DNA of 64,000 nucleotides. It comes from Neoechinorhynchus agilis. Its lineage: Eukaryota; Animalia; Acanthocephala. The notes under the pieces were generated by a model that did not search any database, was not told the origin of the DNA, and saw only the letters and a program-made list of their open reading frames with translations. Location: the NCBI GenBank assembly GCA_051530055.1, contig CM121341.1, positions 13,370,784 to 13,434,783 of the forward strand. Direction: 5' to 3'. Shown piece after piece: positions 1 to 13,065 of the stretch (the first letter of the stretch is position 1; the number at the start of each line of letters is the position of its first letter). Position numbers and translations under genes: made by a program.

Positions 1-861
1 ATTATTTCCCTTGGATCCAAGCAGTCTCGCCCACACAACATATTCCTTGAATGCTTCACAATTCGTCGAGAACGCACAATGGCCATCTCGATCGCAGTTT
101 GAGCAGTGCCTTTTGTTTTTGTCACATTTGGTACTGTGGTGGTCTTGGCCACAAAAAGCGCATCGCGTGACCTTGGACGGGCACCTCTTCTCCCAATGTC
201 CCCAACATTGACACACACTGCACCGAGGAAAGTAATAGTCGTAGTAACGCGAAATCTTGTTTGAAGTAAATTTAACATCCGTGGATTGGAAGAAGGATCG
301 CTCAGTGCAAAGTGCGTCCCTCCGTTCAACCGCAGCTTTTACAATAGCTTTGGGAATAAACTTCCTCGTTCTTGATGACTTCAGTAAAAAGAGCAATTTG
401 ACTCCGAATTTTTCCTCGAACGCTATCTTGTCTGCATCATCAATATCTGGAGAGATCCCAGAAACGATAAAGGTTAATCCATAACTTGTGTTCGAAATTG
501 TCACACCTGCAAGGTTGCAGTTTTCCTTGATGAAAGCCAGAAAAGCTTTCATAAAATCCGCTGCTATAAACCTGATTTTCAATATTCCTCCGAAATAGCT
601 GATGGATGAAATACGATGGATATCATCCTTAAAGGATTTGAGCCACGGAGCCAGATAACGCCTGTGTAGCTCTTCTCTGGGTTGTATTGGATTTGCTTCG
701 ATTCTTATCGTATTGGGCCATCTTTTTGAAGGCACCTCGACGAAGTGCTTACTGTTTTGATCGCTGAGAAGTTGACTCCGAATGTCCAGAGGCACGGGAA
801 TTCTCAGAACATTGGGTGGCCGTTCGCCACCCTCCACCGCAACAGCTTGTTGCGCACACAT
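1..861 (-). mobile_element. Non-LTR retrotransposon ORF1 (gag-like, three zinc knuckles), running off the window edge
   Basis: Manual translation from ATG 861 gives 287 open codons to position 1 (absent from the ORF track because there is no stop). It ends ...CSVCQCWGHWEKRC..CAFCGQDHHSTKC..CSNCDRDGHCAFSTNC, the triple CCHC pattern of Jockey/I/R1-type LINE ORF1. Confidence 0.8.
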
Positions 862-915
862 TTTTGAAAGGTATAACGTAACCTAATATGCTAGCGTTCA
901 ATGCGCGCAAATCGA

Positions 916-1155
916 TTATTTTAACATTGACTTTTTACGTCGTTCTCCCCCTCCGAAATCGTAGTTTTCCACTAGGTATCGGGACGGTCTTCTAATTCTT
1001 TTCGATTGTCTTCTGGTTATCTCGTCGATCTGATCGTGAGTATGTCCTTGCGTGATGTAATTCGGTTCTTTATTTAGACCGTCTTCATTATCATCTTCAT
1101 TGATAGGCGTGATTCTTGATGTCTCCTTTGCGTACGCATCAACGCCCTGGGGCAC
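916..1155 (-). mobile_element. Possible Gypsy-like integrase C-terminal remnant
   Basis: RRQSKRIRRPSRYL resembles the RRSxRxRRPPxRY tail of Ty3/Gypsy pol; no upstream integrase motifs found. Confidence 0.25.
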
Positions 1156-1404
1156 CCACTTCGCTATCCGCCACGAGGGAGCCAGCCCGGTTTTCGACGT
1201 TGGGGTTCTTTATCGGGCATCAGATCCCATTGAACTCTCTATCTCGGAAGCCCTGCTGATCAACCGTGATTGGGTAGTGCGGTCAGGTGCAAGTGGGGAT
1301 CTCGGCTGCGAACGGGAAAACCTGAACCGCCGGGACGAATTGACAGGGAGCATGGGCCTCTTATGAACTCCCTTTGTGTGTTTTAGACTATCAAGGAACC
1401 TGAA

Positions 1405-1445
1405 GAAGGCGTGAGGCGCCGAAATATCGGATTCAATAAAAGATT
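1405..1445. repeat. Short dispersed repeat family (core TTTATTxxxTCCGATATTTCG); related copies at ~16640-16705, ~19660-19720, ~47070-47140
   Basis: Visual sequence similarity among four copies; this copy is inverted relative to the others. Confidence 0.5.
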
Positions 1446-1484
1446 GTGTGTGTGTCCCTCAACGTCTAAAAAAATTAAAAAAAA

Positions 1485-1689
1485 TGACTGAACAAAAGTA
1501 CACGACGTTTTGGTTTTTCAGTATCCGTAAAAGTTTGTCTAGGAAAGTGGTGATCATAATAACCCTCCCGGATTCAAGGGGGCGATCCAGCGTATCCGGG
1601 CCATAATAAAAAATTAAAGCACCATTTTAGATGACTAATGAGGCGGCTTCCTAACCTTTCGACAAAAATATCTCTCAATTATGTTTTAT
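1485..1689. repeat. 205-bp dispersed repeat, copy 1 (copy 2 at 32863-33067)
   Basis: Near-identical sequence tgactgaacaaaagtacacgacg...ctcaattatgttttat at both loci, same orientation. Confidence 0.9.
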
Positions 1690-1851
1690 ACCACATCGCC
1701 CATAAGTCTAATCTGGTTAATTTCGATCGCCCGTATAAAATGTAAGCGAAACAACAATTTAACGTCAAAAAATCGATTTTGAAGCATTTGTGGATTTTAA
1801 GACACGGAAGAATCGCAAAATTGCCGTGCAAATCTTACCAGTGGTAGAGAA

Positions 1852-2529
1852 ATGCCAACGTTGGAAATGAAAGATACGCGTGAACGTAGTCCGATAGTGA
1901 GTGGGTCTCCTCGTCGGCGTCGCAGTCCTGGCACGAAGATGGCCAAGAAAAGACGGGATCGATCGGCGACTACGTCGTCCAGTGATCTATCTTCTTCGAC
2001 GACCGGTGAAGGTTCATCAACGAGCCGAACTTCATCGTCGCGATCCTCCTCGACGACATCGTCATCCCGTAGTTCATCTCCAAGACGTCGACGTACGTCC
2101 ATGGATGAGCGGGAGTTGCGGATCAGCAAGATCCACGTTGGGAAATTGACGAGGAACATCAACCGGGACCACTTGAACGAAATTTTCGAGAATTACGGGA
2201 AAGTGAAGCAGATAGAAATGCCTCCTGATCGGATGCATCATCATCTTAATCGTGGATACGCTTACGTTGAATTCGAGAGTCCAAAGGAAGCTCAGAGGGC
2301 TTGTGAGTATATGAACGGGGCAATGATAGACGGACAGGAAGTTGGCGTATCCATTGTTAATCCGCAACATTTGATGAGCGGCGGTGGTGGTGGAAGAGGC
2401 CGTGGGAATGGGAACGCTTGGAGACGGGATTATAGACAGCAACCACCTCCACCAAGACGTTCGCCAGTTAGACGGAGTAAAAGTGTGGATGATCGAAAGA
2501 GACGGTATTCGAGATCATCGAGTGATTGA
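1852..2529 (+). CDS. RNPS1: RNA-binding protein with serine-rich domain 1 (EJC/ASAP component), intronless, 225 aa
   Basis: Ser-rich N-terminus, RRM KIHVGKLTRNINRDHLNEIF...MPPDRMHHHLNRGYAYVEF...IDGQEV, RS/Pro-rich tail. Confidence 0.9.
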   Translation: MPTLEMKDTRERSPIVSGSPRRRRSPGTKMAKKRRDRSATTSSSDLSSSTTGEGSSTSRTSSSRSSSTTSSSRSSSPRRRRTSMDERELRISKIHVGKLTRNINRDHLNEIFENYGKVKQIEMPPDRMHHHLNRGYAYVEFESPKEAQRACEYMNGAMIDGQEVGVSIVNPQHLMSGGGGGRGRGNGNAWRRDYRQQPPPPRRSPVRRSKSVDDRKRRYSRSSSD

Positions 2530-3748
2530 ATCACTTCGAATCTGTTCAGCAAATTTAAATCCATCTTTGATTTGGAGGAGTGTGCACACTCGGCTATGAA
2601 GCAATCTACTTCTTACACGAATCCTACGTGTTTTATAGAATCCTGGCTGATTTGGGCTCGATGTAAACTCCCCTCGCTTTTTTCTTTGTGATGATCAATC
2701 ACTTTTAAGATTAAAGAAGAAAATTTATTCTCAAGTTAACTGGGAGTGAAGATTGACAGAACACCGAGTCGAAAAGTTCAAGATTCTGGTCATTATGTGA
2801 CGGATCTCTCGGTGGAATTTGGCTAGGATTTCGGTTTGGAAGTACAGCCAAGAAGGAAATTCACTTTCGGTAGTTAGGCAAGTAGGCGCCGTGTTGCGCC
2901 AATTTCAGCAGTTTCTCCGCTACTTCATTTGGTTAATTTACCACCTATTTTACTAAATTATCGAGATAGGTGGATCAAATCGCGTATTTTCATTTCCGGG
3001 ATATCGTCGAGCTTAATGGTTGTCCGCGAATTCTACGTGTTTTATAGAATCTTGGCTGATTTGTGCTCGATGTAAAGAATTTAAATCTTTCCACAAATTC
3101 GGTCCATTGACCTCATCAATGTATCACCCACATCTTCTACAAAGATCACAGTGTTGTTTATTGAAAATTTAATTTTACTTATTTATACTGCTCCTCGGAT
3201 TTAAATTGACTCTTTCAATGCTTCACAACTAGAACCCTTGAAATTATCGGATATAAATTAGTAAAAGTTGAAATCCGAGGGGTGGCATAACTAAGAAAAA
3301 GGAAAGTATCTTTCCCCTCGAGGGCAATAATCCAAGAGATCAGAATTTTGTATTGAGTCAACAATCAAACATTTTAGTAAAATGAATTAGAATGCATTTC
3401 GCGGAACTGTTTTGTTAAACCAAGAAATCTACTGGCATTTAGAAGGCGAACGCACATTCGCCATCCGATTGTTAAAGAAAACCTATAATCTAACGTCTCC
3501 ATTTTGGCTTCAATCTTTGATTGTAACTGAGGCGTTTTCGATTGGATACAAAATATTTACAGTGACATTTCAAGGTGCGTTATGCTCTTTCGGAGCGAAC
3601 TGAAAAATATTGAAAAATTTCGATGCACCGATTGAAAGAATAAATGAACAACTTCGGAAAAACAATATGAAAGCTTGCAAAAGCCGCCTTCTCAAAGAGC
3701 TTGTTTAAACAAAAGATTATTAAATTCGGACGCTAAAAGTTTGATAAA

Positions 3749-3949
3749 ATTATGGAAAGCCTCTTTTCCCAACACCCTCATGTTTTATTCCAGATCTATT
3801 ATCGAACGGAAAATGGGTGTTTTTTTATTTCTTGTTTCAAATTTTCGGTCGAAAATTTGAAGCAAGAAATAAATAAAACACCCATTTTCCGTTCGATAAT
3901 AAATCTGGAATAAAACATGAGGGTGTTGGGAAAAGAGGCTTTCCATAAT
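3749..3949. repeat. ~200-bp near-perfect palindrome; partial extra arm at 4111-4177
   Basis: 3749-3847 is the reverse complement of 3850-3949, with few mismatches and a 2-nt loop. Confidence 0.9.
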
Positions 3950-4739
3950 ATTATGAACATGCGGTTAAACGGACCGACTTTTCGAGCCTCTACAAACTTC
4001 TTCGCGACTCTGGAGAGGATAAAGATTTTGGAGCAACGGATCACAGCGTTGCCCTCCTCTGATTCCTTTTCAGATAACCGAAGAAAAGCTTCCTGACGAA
4101 GACGCAAGGCGTCGAAAATTTGAAGCAAGAAATAAATAAAACACCCATTTTCCGTTCGATAATAAATCTGGAATAAAGGTTTGAGTATTCAAAAAGTGTT
4201 AATTTCGTCCACTGAAAAATAAAGTAGCTAAAACTTGAAAACCTGTGTCCTTGTGACTAATCTTTTTCTATTATTAAAGTTCCTGTGTTATCCCATTCAA
4301 ATATCGACTCTTTAATAAGTCGATGGATTTTTCTCTTTTACTTGCAGAAAACTTCGGTCTTATCGAACGGTTTACATGGTAATAGTTTAGAACAAAGAAG
4401 CGTTAAAATGAATGTAAAACTTATCAGTCAGTTTAGATTTCATCAGTCTAAACTTTAATAAGTTATAAAATATATAGAACGATCGGTCTTGAAGAGGATT
4501 ATGTAAGCAATCTCCATAACGTGTCCTCCTTAATGTTAAACTGTCCACTTTTCCATCACAAAAATTCTTATTTTTGGTCCTAGTCCTCTTTACTGACCGA
4601 GTTAAAACCAAATGAGAATCCAGTATCCTCTTTGCTGGCTTTATTACCTTCGATCGGTTGAATTGAGCAGCCTATTTCGATGGCTTCCATTATGAAGCGA
4701 TTCCGTAAATATGGCTGTATACTATTCCCACATTCGCTT

Positions 4740-5180
4740 AATCAAAATCAATTTGACGTCCACAATTCATCGTATGATTTAATAAGACTGAGGAAGCAGC
4801 ATAAAGCCCACATGCATATTTGTGCTGTGAGAACCTTTTGCTGAGTTCCTGTTTGGTCTGTCCCTCATATTTGGCTGGGCATTTTTTACAGTGGACCTCA
4901 TATACAACTTCGTGCTGCTCATATTTTGGCTTATTTTCATGGATACCTGCAAAGTTGCCACCCTTTTAAAGTATACACATTGATCGTCTTGTCCATGTTA
5001 CGCAAATCCCGTCTTAGGTTCGATAGAATTTTATTGCTCAGTACATACCCGGATTCGTTCCTCACGTATATTTGCCCTCTTCTTATCTCCGATTCGGGAT
5101 AGATAATTGCTCTCAGAGTTTTAGTTTCCTGAACATTTTTTTCTCTATCATTTGTAAGGAAGGGAGGCGACGACTAACAG
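4740..5180 (-). mobile_element. Penelope-like element GIY-YIG endonuclease remnant
   Basis: Manual translation VVYEVHCKKCPAKYEGQTKQELSKRFSQHKY...NHTMNCGRQIDFD. Confidence 0.7.
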
Positions 5181-5397
5181 TAACATCAAGGAAATTGATG
5201 GTTCGCTGCTCACTCGCTTCTGCTTTTACAGCATATTTTATGTTGCTGTGTTTCGAATTCAACAATTCATTAAACCTATTGACATGGCTGATTTAGTGTC
5301 CTTATTCAAAAATGTCCGATTTAAGAATCTATCAATTTGGCTGCTTATATGTTAGTCAATGCATGCAAGGAGCCCTCACAAAATTCCTAGGAGATTG

Positions 5398-5500
5398 GAC
5401 AAAGACGGCCTTCCAATTTGAAGATAAATTCTACGAGCAAAACGATGGTCTTGCTTTGGGATCACCTCTAGCTCCAATCCTAGCTAAACTGTTCATGCGA
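5398..5500 (+). mobile_element. Penelope-like reverse transcriptase fragment
   Basis: TAFQFEDKFYEQNDGLALGSPLAPILAKLFM matches the PLE RT motif YFxFxxxFYxQxxGLAMGSPLSPxLANxFM. Confidence 0.75.
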
Positions 5501-5539
5501 TGCCTTTCCCCGATGTTTTTATTTGGATTTTTGCTTTCA

Positions 5540-8500
5540 CTGTCGACAAAAACGTTTTTAAGAACACGCCGAAGCAATAACGTTTATTGAGCTAAGATTT
5601 ATATTTTCCATTGGCAACATAATTTTTATGCATTCTTATTCGGAAAATATTTGAGAAACCGTAATAATGCATAAATCATCGATCTTTACTATTTTTGGAC
5701 GTTTTAAGATTTTAAGTTAACATTTCGATTCCTTGTTCCGCAATTTTTCCATTTGGATTTTTTGGTCTCACTGTCGAATAAAAGCGTTTTATTGAATAAA
5801 CAAAATCGGAAATTATATTCTAGAATACAAAAACGCTGAAGCAATAACGATTATTTAGCTAAAACTTATATTTTCCATTCGCAACATAATTTTTATACAT
5901 TCTTATGCGTAAAATATTTGAGAAACCGTAATAATGCAAAAAAACCATCGTTCTTTACTATTTTTGGGCATTTTAAGATTTTAAGCTAACATTTCGATTC
6001 CTTGTTCCGAAATTTTTCCATTTGGATTTTTTGGTCTCACTGTCGAATAAAAGCGTTTTATTGAATAAACAAAATCGGAAATTATATTCTAGAATACAAA
6101 AACGCTGAAGCAATAACGATTATTTAGCTAAAACTTATATTTTCCATTCGCAATATAATTTTTATGCATTCTTATACGTAAAATATTTGAGAAACCGTAA
6201 TAATGCAAAAAAACCATCGTTCTTTACTATTTTTGGGCGTTTTAAGATTTTTAGTTAACATTTCGATTCCTTGTTCCCCAATTTTTCAACTATGATATTT
6301 TGGTTTCACCGTCGACTAAAAGCGTTTTATTGAATAAACAAAATCGGAAATTATATTCTAGAATACAAAAACGCTGAAGCAATAACGATTATTTAGCTAA
6401 AACTTATATTTTCCATTCGCAACATAATTTTTATGCATTCTTATTCGTAAAATATTTGAGAAACCGTAATAATGCAAAAAAACCATCGTTCTTTACTATT
6501 TTTGGGCGTTTTAAGATTTTAAGTTAACATTTCGATTCCTTGTTCCGCAATTTTTCCATTTGGATTTTTTGGTCTCACTGTCGACTAAAAGCGTTTTATT
6601 GAATAAACAAAATCGGAAATTATATTCTAGAATACAAAAACGCTGAAGCAATAACGATTATTTAGCTAAAACTTATATTTTCCATTCGCAATATAATTTT
6701 TATGCATTCTTATGCGTAAAATATTTGAGAAACCGTAATAATGCAAAAATCATCGTTCTTTACTATTTTTGGGCGTTTTAAGATTTTTAGTTAACATTTC
6801 GATTCCTTGTTCCCCAATTTTTCAACTATGATATTTTGGTTTCACCGTCGACTAAAAGCGTTTTATTGAATAAACAAAATCGGAAATTATATTCTAGAAT
6901 ACAAAAACGCTGAAGCAATAACGATTATTGAGCTAAAACTTATATTTTCCATTCGCAACATAATTTTTATGCATTCTTATTCGGAAAATATTTGAGAAAC
7001 CGTAATAATGCAAAAAAACCATCGTTCTTTACTATTTTTGGGCGTTTTAAGATTTTAAGTTAACATTTCGATTCCTTGTTCCGCAATTTTTCCATTTGGA
7101 TTTTTTGGTCTCACTGTCGACTAAAAGCGTTTTATTGAATAAACAAAATCGGAAATTATATTTCTAGAATACAAAAACGCTGAAGCAATAACGATTATTT
7201 AGCTAAAACTTATATTTTCCATTCGCAACATAATTTTTATGCATTCTTATGCGTAAAATATTTGAGAAACCGTAATAATGCAAAAAAACCATCGTTCTTT
7301 ACTATTTTTGGGCATTTTAAGATTTTAAGCTAACATTTCGATTCCTTGTTCCGCAATTTTTCCATTTGGATTTTTTGGTCTCACTGTCGACTAAAAGCGT
7401 TTTATTGAATAAACAAAATCGGAAATTATATTCTAGAATACAAAAACGCTGAAGCAATAACGATTATTTAGCTAAAACTTATATTTTCCATTCGCAACAT
7501 AATTTTTATGTATTCTTATACGTAAAATATTTGAGAAACCGTAATAATGCAAAAAAACCATCGTTCTTTACTATTTTTGGACGTTTTAAGATTTTTAGTT
7601 CACATTTCGATTCCTTGTTCCCCAATTTTTCAACCATGATATTTTGGTTTCACTGTCGACTAAAAGCGTTTTATTGAATAAACAAAATCGGAAATTATAT
7701 TCTAGAATACAAAAACGCTGAAGCAATAACGATTATTTAGCTAAAACTTATATTTTCCATTCGCAACATAATTTTTATGCATTCTTATGCGTAAAATATT
7801 TGAGAAACCGTAATAATGCAAAAAAACCATCGTTCTTTACTATTTTTGGGCGTTTTAAGATTTTTAGTTAACATTTCGATTCCTTGTTCCGCAATTTTTC
7901 CATTTGGATTTTTTGGTCTCACCGTCGACTAAAAGCGTTTTATTGAATAAACAAAATCGGAAATTATATTCTAGAATACAAAAACGCTGAAGCAATAACG
8001 ATTATTTAGCTAAAACTTATATTTTCCATTCGCAACATAATTTTTATGCATTCTTATACGTAAAATATTTGAGAAACCGTAATAATGCAAAAAAACCATC
8101 GTTCTTTACTATTTTTGGGCGTTTTAAGATTTTAAGCTAACATTTCGATTCCTTGTTCCGCAATTTTTCCATTTGGATTTTTTGGTCTCACTGTCGACTA
8201 AAAGCGTTTTATTGAATAAACAACGGAAATTATATCTAGAATACAAATAAAATAACGATTATTTGCTAAACTATATTTTCCATCGCAATATAATTTTTAT
8301 GCATTCTTATGCGTAAAATATTTGAGAAACCGTAATAATGCAAAACCATCGTTCTTACTATTTTTGGCGTTTTAAGATTTTAGTACATTTCGATTCTGTT
8401 AATTTTCTGATTTTTGGTTTTGTCGAAAAAGCGTTTTATTGAATAAACAAATCGGAAATTATATTCTAGAATACAAAAACGCTGAAGCAATAACGATTAT

Positions 8501-8796
8501 TTAGCTAAAACTTATATTTTCCATTCGCAACATAATTTTTATGCATTCTTATGCGTAAAATATTTGAGAAACCGTAATAATGCAAAAAAACCATCGTTCT
8601 TTACTATTTTTGGGCGTTTTAAGATTTTAAGCTAACATTTCGATTCCTTGTTCCGCAATTTTTCCATTTGGATTTTTTGGTCTCACTGTCGACTAAAAGC
8701 GTTTTATTGAATAAACAAAATACTAAATTATATTCTAGAATACAAACACGCTGAAGCAATAACGTTTATTGAGCTAAAATTTATATTTTCCATTAT
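5540..8796. repeat. Tandem satellite, 269-bp monomer, ~12 copies
   Basis: Anchor tagaataca recurs at 5821, 6090, 6359, 6628, 6895, 7165, 7434, 7703, 7972, 8237, 8467, 8736. Confidence 0.95.
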
Positions 8797-8879
8797 TACA
8801 CATAAACCGTATTAATTATCTGAACTTTCTTTTAAATAATATAAAGTCACTCACCAGAAGCTTATCCTTATTTTCTCAA

Positions 8880-9690
8880 CGCATACGGGACCCAGACTTC
8901 TTTGCTCTTCAACGACCACCTCATTCGAAAGAGTACAGCAGGGATACCCTCTCGGTCCCATCGCTTTCGCACTTGCAGTGAATCCAATGGCCCACTCTCT
9001 CCATTCCAGCTTCAACGCTTGGTACCTGGACGACGCTACGCTCGGAGGTTATCCCTCCGCAGTACTGCACGATCTGGAGACACTCGTAAGGGAGACTGCG
9101 AGATTGGGCGTTGAGCTTAATGTAAGGAAATGCAAACTGTTGGTAATGAACATCGAAAACGAGTCAGCGCAGAGCGAAATCGTCAAAGGTTTTAGAAATC
9201 TGGCACCCGGTTTGGAATTGATCGGTCTAGACCGGCTGAGTCTTCTAGGGAGCTGCGTTTTTGATTCTAATGTGGAAAATGAAATCGACCATCTACTACC
9301 GAACATCACGATGCGAGGCTCTATTCCTGATCAAGAATACCCTCTTCATCCCGAAACTACTTTATATACTGCATACGGTTTCCTTCTTCAAGCACTTCGA
9401 AGCTCGATGACATTGCGAAGGCGTGTCTTGATCACATTTGAAATATCCAGCTATCGGACGAGGCCTGGCGACACGCTTCATTGCCTGTATCGTCCGGTGG
9501 CTTGGGTATTCGAAAAACAGTAGATTTGTCCTTACCCGCATTTTTAGGATCATTCGAAGGGAGTCGGGATCTGGTAAAACGTACATTGGAACCCAAGTTC
9601 TGTTTAGCGGACGAATTTCTAGTAGCGGTCCAGGAATGGTGGGAGAAGACGGGTTACAACCAAGTTCACGTGAATGAATCAGTCTATCTG
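8880..9690 (+). mobile_element. CRE-like non-LTR retrotransposon RT region, truncated and frameshifted
   Basis: Across frameshifts: VQQGYPLGPIAFALAV, NAWYLDDATLGG, GVELNVRKCKL, ALFLIKNTLFIPKLLYIL, LPVSSGGLGIR. Confidence 0.8.
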
Positions 9691-10593
9691 GGATAAACCT
9701 TTAGTCGCCCGAGCTCATAGTTCTGTGATCATAGAGGCTTAGTAGCCATTAACGTCGATAAGAAGGTTATTTTACCAACAGGGAAGATCACTAAAATATC
9801 TCGACCATCAAATGTATGCATTATAGAGGAACAGAATCCAATAAGTTCAATGGTTGAACGTATTCCAAGATAAAGACTTTTCGACTATTTCCCCGAATAC
9901 TTTAATAGGTTTATAAATAACAACAAGAGTAGACATTCTTTTAGGAGAGTTACATAAATCAAATGAGATATCATACACCAACAAGTTATTTATTCAACTC
10001 TACATATCGAAATTTTTCGATGATGTAGATAGATTGGTTGTAAATGATTCAGTGCTTCTATTTGAACACCGAAATTACTGATAGTAAAAATTATTCAGTT
10101 GGCCTAAGTCGAAAAATCTTCGTTTATAAAATCGATCACAGTGATAGCAATTCTTTTGCAAATATTACCGATGCCCCAAGAATCTCCGCTTTCACCGACT
10201 CAATTCGCGATTGTTATGGCATTCTTAATGAAAGATTTTCCTAAACACAAATTCGTTCATCTTTTGATTTATGCGGAGGATGTGTTCTATTCATCATAAA
10301 ATGGCGGAAATAGTAACTTATAAAGACCAATCTACTTTTAAACAAAGGGAAATCGGCGATAATTCCTCTGAATGGTTCGAGGGATTTCAGTAAAAGGCAC
10401 TAAAAGCTGATCCTGAAGCAAAGTGCTGAACATAGATTTTCAATGCTCAAGGTCTTGAAGTGTAAATAATACATCTCTCCGAGGCTTCTTTTTAAATTCT
10501 CTGCATAAACTACCAAAACCTGCCGATTGAATAGCATTCGAGCTTTAATCTGATTTCATTGCTGGCACATTAATTTGAGAAGCGGACAAGATA

Positions 10594-11306
10594 TTAGCAA
10601 CATCCACTCGAACCCACTGGTCTGGTTGGCGGATTCAACGGCACTCCATAACTCCCCGAGGTTCCAGTTTGTCCTGGTTTTTGAGCGATTTGTTTCATGA
10701 TTTCCGTAGTCATTTTCTTGAAGGCCACTTCTACATTTATGGAACACTTTGCACTGGTTTCGATTAAAGGAATATTAAGACTATCGGCAAATTCCTTTGC
10801 GGTATTGAAATCGACCGCTCTTCCGGCTGTAAGATCGCACTTGTTCCCTACGATAAGTTTGCATACGTTTGGATAAGCATAGCGCTCGATATCTTCTAGC
10901 CAGGTCTTTATGTGATTGAACGATTCAAGATCGGTGACGTCATATACGATGATTATACCTTGAGCACCGCGATAGTAGCTGGACGTGATCGTCTTGAATC
11001 TTTCCTGACCAGCAGTATCCCAGATTTGAAGCTTAGCGGTCTTTCCGTCCACTTCGGTCGTTTTGATTTTCTGCCAAATACAATGATTCAGCACATTTGA
11101 ACGGTAAAAAAAGCACCTACAAAGTCAACGCCGATTGTGCTGACGAACGAATCCGTGTAGACGTTGTCCTTTAAAGAAACTTTGTAAATCGAAACCCAAT
11201 CGGGTTCACTTACCGCGAATCTTAGAAGAAGACATGACTTACCAACGCCGGAATCGCCGATTAGTAATAGTTTAAACAGATAATCATAGTTGCGATCCAT
11301 GTTCAC
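10594..11306 (-). CDS. RAB1: Rab1 GTPase; exons 11306-11214, 11168-11121, 11070-10594
   Basis: [46 protein letters not shown]-terminal GGCC-type prenylation end (SSGCC). GT-AG introns of 45 and 50 nt at LLRFA|D and GVDF|K. Confidence 0.95.
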
Positions 11307-13065
11307 GGTTTCTAGTAGAATTGAGTTTGAGAGCGAGAGATGGAGAGAACTGTGAGCTCAGAACGTGAGTAACGTTTGTAATTCCACGCACCATTGATTC
11401 TTCCGTGTCTGTTACGTCTTTTAGGAAGAAAATCTCATGGTGACCGGTGGTGATTTCCCTGTTTGTGCATCGATATGAAAAGTGAGATTTTAAAAAACGT
11501 TGAGGAGACTAAAAAGACGAATAGATCGACGAAAGCAAAGATTAAGCAAGGTATTTGAGTGGCAGAGTCAAAGAAGGCGTGTCTTAGTCGCGCGTCTTAG
11601 TTAGTGAAGGAATCGGACAATATGTGGTAGCAATATCGGAACTAAAAGGTTTTCCCGGTTCTTCGGAAAAAAACAGTCGAATTTTACTTTAAGGGAAAAT
11701 TTCCGCAAATTTAGCCAGTTCGGATCCTGTTTTCGCGGTCATCAATCACTTTCGTCCATTCGGAAGGTCGGTAATTAAAAACAATTATGTTAAAAATGAT
11801 TGGTTTCGAAGGTACTATTGTCTAATTGCTTCTTATTTGAACAATACTGATCCACAAGTAGGTGTCTTTTCAAATCACTAACACAAGAAAAGCTTTAAGA
11901 ATTCATTGGATGAGTTTTCGTTGATTAAAACCGTATCGGATTTAAAGTCTGAGCTGGCAAAGTACGACGAGGCAATCGTTACATTAGAAAGTACTTCAAA
12001 GGATGAACTCCATCAAGCGGGATTTAAAACAGCCGATGAACTTCGGCTAGAGTTGAATGAACTTAAGAATGAGAGCCTTTAAGGCGAAAAATCGGATTAT
12101 CACATTTGTTCTCGTTGATATGACCAATAAAATGCCTTGGTCCATGAAAGCATCATAAGGAGCAACATTGTGAAGGTGTTGAAATTCTAACTTGAATTTT
12201 TTTATTCAAGAATTTTGTCCCCATAAAAGATTTGCTTGAGCGATAATTGCCGAGAAACGTTACGAAAACAAATTCTAGACTACGAATCTCTCTCACTCAC
12301 TAGTGAAGACGAGCACTTTCAATGCTAGAAATATAACGCCAACCAATCGTGATTCCCGGTATCGTAAAGTTTTGATTTGTCAAATGAGATTTAGATGACA
12401 TTGTCGTCAAGGCGTCACGAAAGCTCTGTTCCGATAAATTCGGCAGGACTATATCGCAATTATCGGCTACCCATTTAAACATTTCTCTCATGTGCGCTTA
12501 AGTCCTCGTTAGTTTTCGAAATTAAGTTTCGTTTTTTTGAGCAACGAAAATTGCTTAAATCTGAAGTAATGAAAAGGTTCCTATTCTCCACACCTGATAC
12601 TTGAGTATTTTGTATTGCTGCCATGAGTGTCATCGTGTGTTTTTTTCATTAAAAGAGCAATATTTTTGAACGCAGATGAACACTACTTTTTCGAAATTAT
12701 TACGCTCTAAAACGTAGCTGATTCCGTGTGATTTTCGGAAAAATATTTTTCGTTCGCACGTCGATGCTGTTGTCCTCAAAGACAAGGATGCATCCGATAA
12801 CAGCAACCAAAAACATGTTAGAGCGGAAATAAGGAACAGACTCATGGAGCGACGAAAGTTTGCCAGTGAGTTTGAGTTTCATTTTGTTCATTATTCAGGC
12901 ATATCATCGATTGTTTCCCTCAAATTTTAGACCTTGAAGTCTGGTAAGCTCGTCTGGCATTGAACGAGCGAACTTTGTGTGCGAAATACAACCAAACACT
13001 TGTTGCTAAGGAACAAACAATTCGTCTTTATAATCACCATTTTCTTGCTATTTCGTGGAAACCGA

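Noticed and set aside
1797-2599. Alternative-frame and antisense ORFs over RNPS1 (likewise over PP2A-A, TFIIS and 48830-49474)
   Set aside because: Shadows of low-complexity or codon-biased real genes; no independent features.
5540-8796. CRISPR array
   Set aside because: Whole 269-bp monomers repeat with no unique spacers; eukaryotic context, no cas genes.
10044-10244. 66-aa ORF conserved at 10044 and 40085
   Set aside because: Conservation reflects a recent segmental duplication; flanking non-coding DNA is equally similar.
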